The notes under the pieces: generated by a model | The model's input: only the letters and a program-made list of their open reading frames with translations | The model's database searches: none | Told to the model about the DNA's origin: nothing | Part shown: in pieces, positions 16,314 through 29,449 of the stretch | Position numbering within the stretch: the first letter of the stretch is position 1 | Layout of the letters: each line of letters starts with the position of its first letter | Translations under genes and position numbers: made by a program | NCBI GenBank assembly: GCA_964016885.1 | Contig: OZ024741.1 | Coordinates: 230,702,001 to 230,766,000, forward strand | DNA: 64,000 nucleotides | Reading direction: 5' to 3' | Source of the DNA: Eledone cirrhosa | Lineage: Eukaryota

Positions 16314-18449
16314 CTAACTGAAACGCACATGACAAGCAGTATAGCAGATGCAGAAATACATATACCGAAATATACTGTATTTCTTTCGGACAGGAAGGAG
16401 AGAACTCGTGATGGGGTTGCTCTGTATATCCGTGAAGATGTCACACGAATTGTACTGTTGACACCTTCAAACTCAGCCTGTGACACACTGATAGTACATA
16501 TGAAGCAACTACAGACAGTAATATGTGTCACACATCGGCCGCCCGATACCCCCAGTCATGAGGGTAAATTTGAGGATAGCCTAAGTAGGATAGAAGAGGT
16601 CCTTGACAAACTGGACCAGGGTCTCAACATTCTACTGCTGGGAGACTTCAACCTACCAAAGGTCAAATGGCCTGGGGGCCACCTCCTCTCTGGAATGACG
16701 TCAATAGAACAGAGACAGTCGGAATCCCTGCTGGCCCTCACACACAAGCTGTTCATGGAGAAAGCAATACTCCTCCCAACAAGAGGCCAACATTATCCTG
16801 GACCTCTGTTTTATTCCCACCAGTTCTCTTAAAACTATGTAAGCCGGCCTTAGCAACTCCACTGAAGATCATCTTCAGAAGCTCCTTGGCTAGCGGTGTA
16901 CTACCCAGGGAGCTGAAAGAAGGCTCAATATGCCCTATCCATAAAGGAGGTAGCAGAGCGGAGGCCAAAAACTATAGGCCAGTCTCCCTGACGTCACATA
17001 TCAGTAAGGTCATGGAGCGAGTCATCAGAAAGAAACTGATTACACCCTCGAGGAAAATGACCGCCTGACTAGCACGCAACTTGGCTTCCACCCAGGAAGA
17101 AGCTGCCTTACACAGCTGCTACATCACTACGACTGGGTACTGAAACAACTACTAGACACCTCACATGTGGACGTGATATATCTTGACTTTGCGAAGGCCT
17201 TTGACAAGGTCGTCCACGGAATGATATGTCACAAACTACACGGACTCGGCATAACTGGAAAAGTAGGTGAGTGGCTGCATGACTTCCTAAAGGACAGAAG
17301 CCAGGCAGTCGCAGTAAATGGGGCCCTCTCAAAGGAAACACCAATAACAAGTGGGGTGCGCCAGGCGACAGTCAAGACCACTACTGTTTTTGGTGGCTCT
17401 CTCAGAGATGCCCTCTGTAGTACATACAACAACATCCCTCACTAGCTATGCTGATGACACTAAGGTAGCACAGGCAATCAAAAACCCGGCTGACGCTGCC
17501 CTTTTACAACAGGATCTGGATGCCATATACGAATGGGCGGAAGAAAACAACATGCAGTTTAACGCTGGCAAATTCCAAGCCCTACAATACAAACCTCCAA
17601 ACAAACCTGCAAACACAAATATAGAACGACACAACCACACAGAACCAGGCGGGACCGATATCCCCGTGTCAAAATCGATACGAGACCTGGGCACAGACAT
17701 GAGCGATGATGCATCTTTTTCTTCACACATCATGAAAGTGGCGACAATGTGCAGACGACTTGCTAGCTGGATCTTGAGGACTTTCCGGACTAGAGATCGA
17801 GACACCATGCTGACACTATGGAGGACATTTGTCCTAAGCCGCCTGGACTACTGCTCCCAGTTGTGGTCACCCCATTGTGTCAAACTAACCAGGGAGCTTG
17901 AGGCAATCCAGCGAAGTTACACCAAGAGGATTGCCAAGATGAAGGAGACAAGCTACTGGGAGAGGCTAAAGGAACTGAACCTCTACTCCTTGGAACGAAG
18001 ACGGGAGAGATACGCAGTGATCTACCTGTGGAAAATCCTGGAGGGACTAGCACCAAACTTTGGCATTGGGAGCTGGACCAACCGTCGAACAGGACGTCAC
18101 TGTGTGGTGCCAAAGGTCCCGTCTTCCACGTCTAGAATAAGGAGCAGGTATTGCAATAGCCTGGGATTCAAGGGCCCTCAACTCTTCAAGAGGCTGCTGA
18201 GGGATCTGAGAGATTTGCATTACGTGGAGGTGGATGTCTTCAAGAAACATCTCGACACCTTGTTATCCAGGATCCCGGATGAGCCCACAGCAAGGCACGA
18301 GGGAAACCTAAGGGCAGCAGCAACAAACTCCCTCTTACACCAGTGGCCAACCTATACAGGCTAGAGATAAAATGTGTAGCAACAAGGGCTGTGCCCCAGC
18401 ATGGTCTCAGCCGGATGGCTGAAACAGGTTAAAGAGTAAAAGAGTAAAC
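16314..18449 (+). mobile_element. CR1-clade LINE, internally deleted, intact 3' end
   Basis: APE (GVALYI, HRPP, LLGDFNLP); RT (KNYRPVSLTS, DVIYLDFAKAFDKV, YADDTK, LERRRER); short tandem tail aaagagtaaaagagtaaa. Confidence 0.92.
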
Positions 18450-18470
18450 GATATATATATATATATATAT

Positions 18471-19997
<1,527 letters not shown>

Positions 19998-20026
19998 ATA
20001 TATACGTATGTATGTATCTAATGTGG

Positions 20027-20100
20027 GTGATGTGTTGGTGTAAATGGTACCACAGTGGTCCGGATAACCAAAGATGTGGGTTCGACTCCCATGTACGTCA
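20027..20100 (+). pseudogene. tRNA-like sequence (SINE head or tRNA pseudogene)
   Basis: acceptor TGATGTG/TACGTCA, A box TGGTGTAAATGG, T arm GTGGG-TTCGACT-CCCAT, anticodon arm TGGT/ACCA with non-canonical loop. Confidence 0.55.
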
Positions 20101-20230
20101 ATACTCATCTTTTTCCATTTCTCCGAGGATTCTTAACCCCACTATCAGGCTAAATAGTTTCTTTAATTTCTTTAGGCAAAATACGGCGATAGCTAACATT
20201 TCTAATAATTTCAAATCAACTCGCTGTTTC

Positions 20231-20264
<34 letters not shown>

Positions 20265-20270
<6 letters not shown>

Positions 20271-20750
20271 CGTTTCTGAATTTGTTTAGGAAGATTCTTT
20301 ATCTGAAATCGTGTGTTGAAACCGATATTGTTACACTTTGGGAGGGTCATGTTGCCAATAAGAAACACACGCACCAGTTGTTTTCACTTCAATTTATTAT
20401 ATATTTATAAATTTATAAATTTACAAATCTACAAATTTATAAATTTCTGGTTGGTTGGTTGGTTCCACAACCAGATAGTTGTTTATATATAGTCATAGTC
20501 CTTTCGTCACACACTCTGTGACCTCTTCAGTGACTGGGGATTCCTTCTTTGTTTCTGTGCCTTTCCTTTCTTCTGTCCTACGCCATTTTGTTTCTGTGTG
20601 TGTGTTGTATGCTCAGTTTGCGCATGCGCCACATCCGGGTGTCTGTGTGTGTTTGTGTTCATTTATCTATTTGTTTATTTATTTATTTACATGTTGTTGG
20701 TTGGTTGTTTGTTCTATGTGTGTGTGTGTTTTCATTTTGTCCATAATTGT
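20265..20750 (-). mobile_element. solo pLTR fragment of PLE family B
   Basis: reverse-complement match to ~9895-10358. Confidence 0.88.
20491..20535 (-). ncRNA. minimal hammerhead ribozyme, family B, intact core
   Basis: AGTCA-CTGAAGA-G-GTCACA-gagtg-TGTGAC-GAAAG-GA-CTA-TGACT. Confidence 0.82.
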
Positions 20751-22019
20751 AAGGACACGCAACTAACATCACTAACACCCCCAACCCCACGCACACGTAC
20801 CCACACACCCTCGTACACCACCAACTCTACACACCCTACCACCACTAACCCCCACTCACACCTGCATTCACCCCTCCCCACCTCCCGTATACTAACACCC
20901 ATTAACACCTCTTCATCAAACTACACACACACCAGTACACCACACTCCCTCCATAGAACCACACACACCCTTCTCTCCCCGCTCCACCCACACCCTCGCT
21001 CCACACTCACTCATCCCACTAACACCCCTACTAATACACACACACACACACCCTCCTCACTCCAACTTTCACACCTACCCATCCTCGCCCCCTTACCATT
21101 CCACCGACTGCTGCTATGCCCTCTGACCACCTCCCAGCACCAACAGACCACAGCACTCCCACTGCTGACCACTTCCTGTTGCGCGCGCACCCCACATCTC
21201 TCCTCTTCCGACCACGGCTTCAGGGATTACCCACACGCAGAAATTGACTTACAACCAATCCACTAAACATCCTTGGAACTTACCAACTTTTCAACCATCC
21301 TCTTACGTAATCACCTATATAACTCACCCACACACACACACCCCAAACAAATTTTTTTCTCCACACGCCACCCACACCCACAACACGCTTAAACCCCACA
21401 CACACGTGCTTCCCACCACATATTTACACCCTCAGCCTCCTGATTCCTCTCCCCCCACCCCCTATCCACACACGCACAGACACTCCGACCCACAAAAACA
21501 CCCCTCACACACACCTCTACCTGAACATGCAACCCCGTTCTTTCCCCAACCCTTACTTTCACATACACACACACACGCACACCTACACACACACACCACC
21601 TTCAGCCCTCCCGGCTCGGACACCCCGTCTCCCTCTCCCCACTCCACCCGCCACCACCCCTACACCCCCCGCACCCTTCCACCACCTACTTTACCCCCCT
21701 TTTAATTTCAGTTTATTTTGATCATGCCTTTATTTTTAAATTTTCTCATTCCTTGTATTTTGATCATGCTTTATTTTTATTTTTTATCTTTATTTTTTAT
21801 CTTTATTTGTTATTTTTTCATTCGCACCGTTTCCTTTCGCTATATGTCTCTCCACCACTCCCCTACACACCTTTTGAACTCTGTTCCCACACACTTCTCA
21901 CCTGAGGAAGGGCTTATGCCCGAAACGTCGTCCCCCACCTACCCCCCACTCTCCTGAGCGTGAAATTAATAAACATTTATTGTACTGCCTTTCTGTTTTG
22001 TCCCTGTTCAAATTTTTCC

Positions 22020-22022
<3 letters not shown>
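20751..22022 (+). mobile_element. C/A-rich apparently non-coding element ending in an HHR-like motif (family C, PLE-derived)
   Basis: 3' ~300 bp matches 62390-62652; CTGAGGA-AGGGC-TTAT-GCCC-GAAACGTC at 21902-21929; AATAAA; abuts (TA)n. Confidence 0.65.
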
Positions 22023-22065
<43 letters not shown>

Positions 22066-22069
<4 letters not shown>

Positions 22070-22186
22070 AGGCGTGTGGCTGAGTGGTTAGACAATTGGA
22101 TTCGCAATCGTAAGGTTGTGAGTTCGATTCCCGGACTAGGCGATGCGTTATGTCCTTGAGCAAGACACTTTATTTCACGTTGCTCC
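22066..22186 (+). mobile_element. tRNA-derived SINE 5' part (octopus OK/OR-like)
   Basis: A box TGGCTGAGTGG, B box AGTTCGATTCC, followed by tgtccttgagcaagacacttta. Confidence 0.8.
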
Positions 22187-22954
22187 TTCTACCTGGAGTT
22201 GCGACCGATAGATAGTATTAGCAATTGGAAACACCAACGGAAACATTGTTCCCTCGGTCCGATTTGACGAAAGTCGATCGTTCCTTTATATATATATAAA
22301 GTAAAAATAAAGGAGCAAAGGACTCGCGTATAATGCTGTAATTAAATGAGCTCAAAGGAAATTCCTGTAATGAAAAACACACTCTCCTGTGTCTTTCCCC
22401 TCTATATATTGTATATATATATATACATATTTGTTTCCTTTACCGGTTTCACAGTTGTCATGCTTTTCAAAAGTAGCATTGAGATGGAGGTTTTGTGGTT
22501 TTTCTCGAATTTGGTTGGTGTTCGAATATTATTTTTGTTTTTGTGGAAAAGTGGCTCGAATCAGTGGGTTTTTTTTTATTATTTGGTTTTCACGTAAGTA
22601 TAATAAATTTCGCGCCAGTTCGTATTTGGAGGTTCTTTATTGACATTTTCACAGTTACATGATATGTCATGGAGAGTTCTGTGCCAAACTGACCCATGTG
22701 GGTATGTTCATTTATCTATGTATCACATAATACATTATACAATATTTATTATTACTTGGCACCATATATAATTTATAAAAGAAAATAGAATATAGCACAA
22801 TTTAGTAAGACATCTCTTATAGCAATCATTATATAATATAATATTAAACAGCATAACATGTAATTGTAGATTTTGTTATTATATTATTAATGGTTCTATT
22901 CTTCAATTCCATATGTAATGCTTGGTCATATAAACATTTACTATAACACATATG

Positions 22955-23432
22955 GGGGACTTTCATTCTAGCCATGCAGCACTCGGCATGAAACCTGTCA
23001 AATGCAAATCGGAGATCACAATCGATCGAGTTAAGTAACGCCATGTCCAGCCAAACTATTTTACATCCACCAGCTATGTAATTAATTCCAACCCGGCTGC
23101 GCATGTCAATCGTGTTCATCTAAATAATGAACAGGTGAGGTGACAGTACGCACCAATCGTGAAGTCCAATTCCCACATTGAATACTTTCGAATTTCACGA
23201 TTTATCCGAACACAAATACTCAGACATTCGTATAGATTAAGGGCAGTAGGAAGCTGACCATCCATCCTATAATCCTGCGCAACGTTCCACCACAGGTCCC
23301 AAGGAATACAGTCATACACATTTTCAAGTTCGACAAATTAAGAACATACCACTTCGCAATAATCCCACGAATTCTCGAAGACCTGCCGCAGTGTGAATAT
23401 TTGGTCGGCTGTGCAGCATTCGGGCCGAAAAC
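22955..23432 (-). mobile_element. decayed RTE-type LINE RT fragment
   Basis: ADQIFTLRQVFE, FVELE..YDCIP, DLRFAFDRFHAEC. Confidence 0.7.
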
Positions 23433-24915
23433 AAAAGGGTTTATTTGCGTCTAATTTTCTATCTGCTTGGACCCTATAGTTCCACAAAATTGAGATGTGA
23501 CTTTTTTCAAGTACGAGAGGTGGTTGATGCTGCCACCAATTCCTTTGATTGGTCAGGTGAACATGCTTACACGTTTTTCAATATATGTATTGTGGCGCTC
23601 TATTATGCCTGTTAATGTATTCGGTTGGAGTTATAGGACTGCACGTCGAAATTATATGATCAATGATCTCTGGTTGTTTTTTATACACAGCATAATTGGT
23701 TGCGGCCATATTTTTTATGTTGGCTTGATAATATTTTGTTGGCAGACACTGATCTTCTGCTGATATAATCAGTCCTTCAGTCTCTGATTTTAGTTCAGAG
23801 AATTGCAACCATTGTTGAGTTCAATTTTGTCAACATCATGATTGTTAGCACTTTCAGGATATTTTAATATCATCACTGAATTGCTTCACAGTGGATAATA
23901 TGCCTTGAAATTGCTCATTATTTTTTTTTTGCAAACAGCTTCAGCTCATCCATGTATAACAATTGATTAGGGGTTTTGTCATAGAATCTATATCCATGTT
24001 TTGTTTCATTGAGCATCTTAATTAATGGTATAAGCGCAATGCAGAATAAAAGCGGCGATAAAGAATCACCTTGAAGAATTCCATAATTAATATCAACTTC
24101 TCCAGCTTCCTGTGACTGTTTTTCAATGTTGAAAATGAGTGTTGTTTTCCATGCTTTCACACTAAATGACAGGAACGTTGACAACGGGAGATATTATGAA
24201 AATCCCTAAACACTTTTCAATCTAACTGTGCGACAGACTATCAAATACTTTTTTGTAATCTATCCAAGTAATTGATAGATTTTTGTGTCTATTATGACAA
24301 TCTTCCAGTATCATTTTGTTAATCAAAATCTGATCCCTACAGCAACATGAGCCTCGTTCACACACTTTCTGATCATTGATATATAGATCATTTGATATCA
24401 GGTAGTCATATGTATATTCAGCTATTATTGATGTTAAGATTTTATACATTGTGATAAAGCAGGTTTTCGGTCTGTAATTTTTTAGACTATTTGTCTTATC
24501 ATTCTTCAGGAGTAAGAAAGTACTATCATTAACTAACCACGGCGGTATCTTTTCTAGCTCCTTAACTATTTCATTGTAAATTTTGTCTAAGAGCTCATGA
24601 GACGCTGTGAAAGCATCAACATATTTGGTATGTTGGGGATTTCCTTTTGCAGGATTTTCTAAGTGCTGAACACAAATGTTGAACTGTTATATCTTCCCAT
24701 GTTTGTTCCTCAATGCGAACTGTATCTTTCATTTCTCTGTCTATCCACGGCGCATATATATTATGAAGTTTTTCTTTACTCCAGATCTTTTTCCAAAATT
24801 CTTGCACTTCTTCATTGGGTGGCATTGATTTTTCAGTAGAAATTTGTTGAGCCGGGTGACGGCCGATCCGGTATGAGTTTTTATTATTTGACAATGAATT
24901 TATTTTGTTGCGTTT
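23433..24915 (-). mobile_element. decayed R4/Dong-clade LINE fragment
   Basis: WIDYKKVFDS, GILQGDSLSPLLF, LLYMDELKLFAK, LKSETEGLII, HIISTC..YINRHN. Confidence 0.85.
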
Positions 24916-25051
24916 TATCCTTAACCACCAAGAGGTAATTATTTCGAGTTACGACTCCAAGGACGAGTGTCAACTAGATGGCTCGTCCTCCCCATGAGAC
25001 ACGGTTATACCTTGCCGGCCGCCAACCAGGTATTTCTTCGTCACGGGATTT

Positions 25052-25938
25052 TCCGCCGAGGTTAACTTTGCCTTTCATCCTTACGGGGTCGATCAAATAA
25101 AGTACCAGTAATGTACTGGATAATTGCTGGCCTTGTGCCAAATGTAGAAACAATTATTATAAATGTTTCCTGTGTGGCTTATTAGAAATTATTATTATTA
25201 TCAAAAGGCGGGGGATTGGCAGTATCGGTAGAGGGCCGGACGCCATGCTTTGACGCATAGAGTTACGGCCCTTGCTATTCTGAGTTCAAATCCCGACAAG
25301 GTTAAATTTACCTTTCATCCTAACGGGGTCGATGAAATAAAGTTACCAGTAATACACTGAGTAATTTGCTGGCCTTGTGCCAAAAGTAGAAACAATTATT
25401 ATTATCATATGGCGGTGGATTGGCAGTATCGGTAGAGGGTCGGACGCCATGCTTTCCAGCGTAGTTACGTCCCTTTACGATCTGAGTTCAAATCCCACCG
25501 AGGTTGACTTTGCCTTTCATCCTTACGGGGTCCATAAAATAAAGTACCAGTAATGCACTGGTTTATTGCTGACCTTGTGCCTAAATTAGAAACAATTATT
25601 ATTATCAAGGCGAATCCTGCCGAGTTTAACTTTGTCTATCATCCTTACGGGGTCGATAAAATAAAGTACCAGTAATGTACTGGGTTATTGCTGGCCTTGT
25701 GTCAAAAGTAGAAACAATTATTATTATTATATACTGGGCTATTATATACCAGTAATGCACTGGGATAATTGCTGGCCTTGTGCCAAAAGTAGAAACAATT
25801 ATTATATACTGGGCTGAGTTCAAATCCCGCCGAGGTTAACTTTGCCTTTCATCCTTACGGGGTCGATAAAATAATGTACTAGTAATATACTGGTTTATTG
25901 CTGGCCTTGTGCCAAAAGTAGAAACAATTATTATTATA
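25052..25938 (+). mobile_element. head-to-tail cluster of ~6 full or partial tRNA-derived SINEs
   Basis: repeated gagttcaaatccc...ttgcctttcatccttacggggtcgataaaataaagtaccag...ttgtgccaaaagtagaaacaattatt; full copies start ~25207 and ~25411. Confidence 0.9.
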
Positions 25939-26454
25939 TATTGTGGCCTTTGCTTTTGTTGTTGTTGGCTGTGCCGGTGGCGTTGGGGCTTTTTCCGGAG
26001 GTGGAGGGGAGTTAGATTATTGGCGGGGGATATGGATGCTATTGTAGCTGTTAATGTTGCTTTTATTTCATCATTTTAATGTTGATGATGTTCAAAATTT
26101 TATTTGACCGGGTCACTATGTCACTCTATGTATGTCTTTTTGTTGCCTTTTCATTTCAAATCTTGTCTAGTGGTGCTACTACCTTACCTCTTCTTCACAG
26201 CAAATTTGATGTCGTCTTTTCTTAAGTTAAACGAAGGTGATGGGGGAGTAGAGTGGTGGTAATTATGGAGTGTTGGTGACAGCAGCGATGATGTAGTGAT
26301 GTTGGTGGGGATGGGGTAGTGCTACTGTAGTGATGGAGTTGTTGCTGCTGCTTGTCTCTGCTAAATTTTGTAGCCATTACATTGTGATCTGTTTGTTTAT
26401 GTCTGTGTTATGTTCAGTAGACTTGTTGCTTACTACTTATGTGGATTTGTCCCG

Positions 26455-27262
26455 ATTAGCAAAGAGACTGCGTCTCATTGACGCTCATCCTGCGCTATTC
26501 CTCTTGAGGAAATGTTTCGCCCTCCCCAAACTCAGATTCACGCTGTGCGGTGCAACTTCCCACCCCAGGCAGATCTTTTCGGGGAACTTGACGCCACCAT
26601 TCGACGCTGTGCTGAACTCATCGGCAATGATATTTCGACAGTGCAGGCTGGCAACAGGCGTCACGCCAGACAACGTTCGGTGGCCTCGGCCTCCGATCAG
26701 CTTCAGACCTAGCTTTACCTGCCTACCTCTCCTCTATCTCTCCCAGTCACGCTCTCGTTAGCGAGGTTCTCTGCCAGACAGCCAAACCTGACTTGGTCCA
26801 TGAGTTGGAAGAGGCTCTGGCCTACTGGACAGGAGAAGGCCTCCCTATCCCCCAGTATACCACGGTCCAACGTAACTGGTACGACATCAATTGCAAAACT
26901 TCTGTCAGGAGGATCGAGTCTGGCTTGGACCAACACCACCTCGCTTGCCTCCCATTGGCCTCTTAGCGAACAGCGGCGCGTGGCTAAATTTGGTGCCCTC
27001 CCTATCAACCGGTACCCTTCTCGATGTTGAATGCACTCTTGTCGGAGTAGGCCGACGCCTTGGCCTCCGCGTGTGTGATCCACATAAATAATTCTGCGAA
27101 GCGGCCATTGGTAAGTTCGGCCTGCACCCTCTGTCTTGCCACCAGAGCACAGGCTTGTTCCTCCGACACACCACTCTCAACAACATATTGAGAAGAAGAT
27201 TAGACGCAGCTGGCTTTCCATCTCAACTAGATCCAGCAGGCCTATACCGTTTAATGGGAATA
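26455..27262 (+). mobile_element. decayed CRE-like (RLE) non-LTR element fragment
   Basis: RLRLIDAHPALFLLRKCFALPKL, ANSGAWL, RHTTLN..LDAAGFPSQLDPAGL; homologous to the 35.5-37.7 kb and 56.1-57.2 kb copies. Confidence 0.8.
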
Positions 27263-27334
27263 AGTCTTCTTGGAGCAGGGGGTACATTTTTGCAAAATAT
27301 CTCTTTAATAGGCTTACCTAATATATTTGCCATT

Positions 27335-27745
27335 GAGTGATTCAGTAGACACAATGTGGCTTTAGATCGGCAAGGGGAAAAATGGACATGATCGTTCCGG
27401 CTCAGCAGCTGTAGGAGGACTAATTAGAACGTCGCGAGGCTTTGAACGAGGTTTTGTTGACCTCATCACGCTTTTGATTCCACGAATACGGATGATCTGT
27501 GGACTATTCTTGGTATGGTGGAATGCTCTCCGTGTTTCGTGCGATTGTTCGAACAGCTACACCGAGGGATTAAAAAGAGGGTTTACTCTGCAGGTTGTCT
27601 GTCTGAACCCATAGCCATTGAAAATGGAGTTAAGCAAAAAGAGACTCCAGCACCTACCCTGTTCACTATGTTCTTTGCCGTGATACTCATGTATGCTTTT
27701 CAGAATTGCCATGTCTGTTTGTACTTACGTTTCAGGACCACGAAG
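27335..27745 (+). mobile_element. RTE/BovB-like LINE RT fragment
   Basis: QCGFRSARG, SEPIAIENGVKQ..APTLFTMFF, YLRFRT. Confidence 0.75.
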
Positions 27746-28510
27746 ATGATGGAAAATTAACAGAGTTAACAGAATATTCTATTTTTACAATTTAATGTTC
27801 CGTGAATTAAAAAAGAGTTTCCACCATATTTGAATTCAATTTTTCCCGATAGATCATTGAAATTAGCTATTTACAGATGGGCATCCTAACATGTCAATGA
27901 AACATATGCAAATGCTTGAAATAAATCCTACTGAACAATGTATAGCGAATCTGTGTAAATCTTTATATATTAGTTACTCTTCCATGGAATGTGGATTACC
28001 GAACCCTCTGAAGAGCACCCTACGATCGACCTCCTGAAGTAACCATTTTGTTGACTCAAAACAAATGTATGCTGAGAGAGTCCTCGATAAATGTTACTCT
28101 AACATTTAAACTAGAGTAACAGAAAACGATAACTCGTATACCTACGCCCCCCCCCCCCCCCCCCCCCCACGCATCTATTTCGTTTTTTTATTTGTTTTGC
28201 GAGATTTACTATCTGAAAGCATGCGTTGAAGCAGATATTATGTTTTGGAAAAGGAACCTTCAACCGTCAAGGTTCTCTTTCTACGGGTATGTTAACATTT
28301 ATAAAACATATTTTGTATTTAATCTCATGAAAGCGCACCAAAATTGCCTTGATTTCCCTTGAAATATATATAATAAAATAATTATGGCTTTATAAATATA
28401 GTTTCAATTTATTAATATATTGAATATTTACTCCAGTAATCTGTTGAGTGCTTTATATCAGTTATATAACTTTTAAGCTTGTTGAATCCCAACAAATTAA
28501 ATATAACTTC

Positions 28511-28586
<76 letters not shown>

Positions 28587-28676
28587 TATATTTATATACC
28601 ATTTATATATATATATGTTCCATTTATTAATATATTGTATATATATATATAATGTATAATAAACAATACAATATAA

Positions 28677-28750
28677 TTACCTCATTACCAGAGGTTTCCC
28701 GAATAAGACGAATAGAAGAAACGTCCGCATTCGTTCGTCAGACAAGGCAA
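28677..28750 (-). ncRNA. hammerhead ribozyme, family A, canonical core
   Basis: TTGCCTTGT-CTGACGA-A-CGAAT..ATTCG-G-GAAACC-TCT-GGTA-ATGAGGTAA; 9-bp stem I including GU pairs. Confidence 0.85.
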
Positions 28751-29376
28751 TTTAAAACATAGTGAACTATTTGAAAAATCTCCTCAAGAAAGGCAAAAGT
28801 TTAACAGGCAAAAACATATATAAATAAAAGTAATGCAAGAGATATATAAAAATTAAAATAAGGAAATATAGTAAGGGTATGTGTATAAGTGTGTGTATAT
28901 GAACCTACAAATGTACATATGCGTGTATGTACAAATGCATGTGTATAGTGAAAAAATGTGTGCGTAAGTACATACATGAGGGCAAGCATATCATTGTATG
29001 TGTGACCACAAATACGTATATAATATATGTTGAAAAGGAATTTTAAGATAATAGAGTTAGTGTACATACAGACTCAGAGACTAAGAATTGAAATATATAC
29101 ACATACAAGGATGAAAGGACGCACGCGTATAAACATACACACACACGCAACCACATACATGTATGTGATATATACAGGGATGGGAGTGTATCAGTCAAAG
29201 CAGTGTCAGACTGAAGGTCGATACAGATTTAAAAATATAAAATATGAAAAATTACTGAAATAATATATAAGAATAAAAATTAAGTCAAAGAGAAAGTAAG
29301 AGGGAGGAGTTATCAATTATAAAGTAACACCAGAAAAAATAAATAGATAGTAGAAAACATGCAGAAGTTCGTACGC

Positions 29377-29449
<73 letters not shown>

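Noticed and set aside
20598-21705. Pro/His/Thr-rich ORFs
   Set aside because: Result of the C/A compositional skew spanning a chimeric repeat junction.
24950-25035. GGACGAG/CTCGTCC hairpin with TCCTCCC and GCCAA, resembling an HDV-like ribozyme
   Set aside because: P1, P2 and P3 could not be assigned convincingly by eye.
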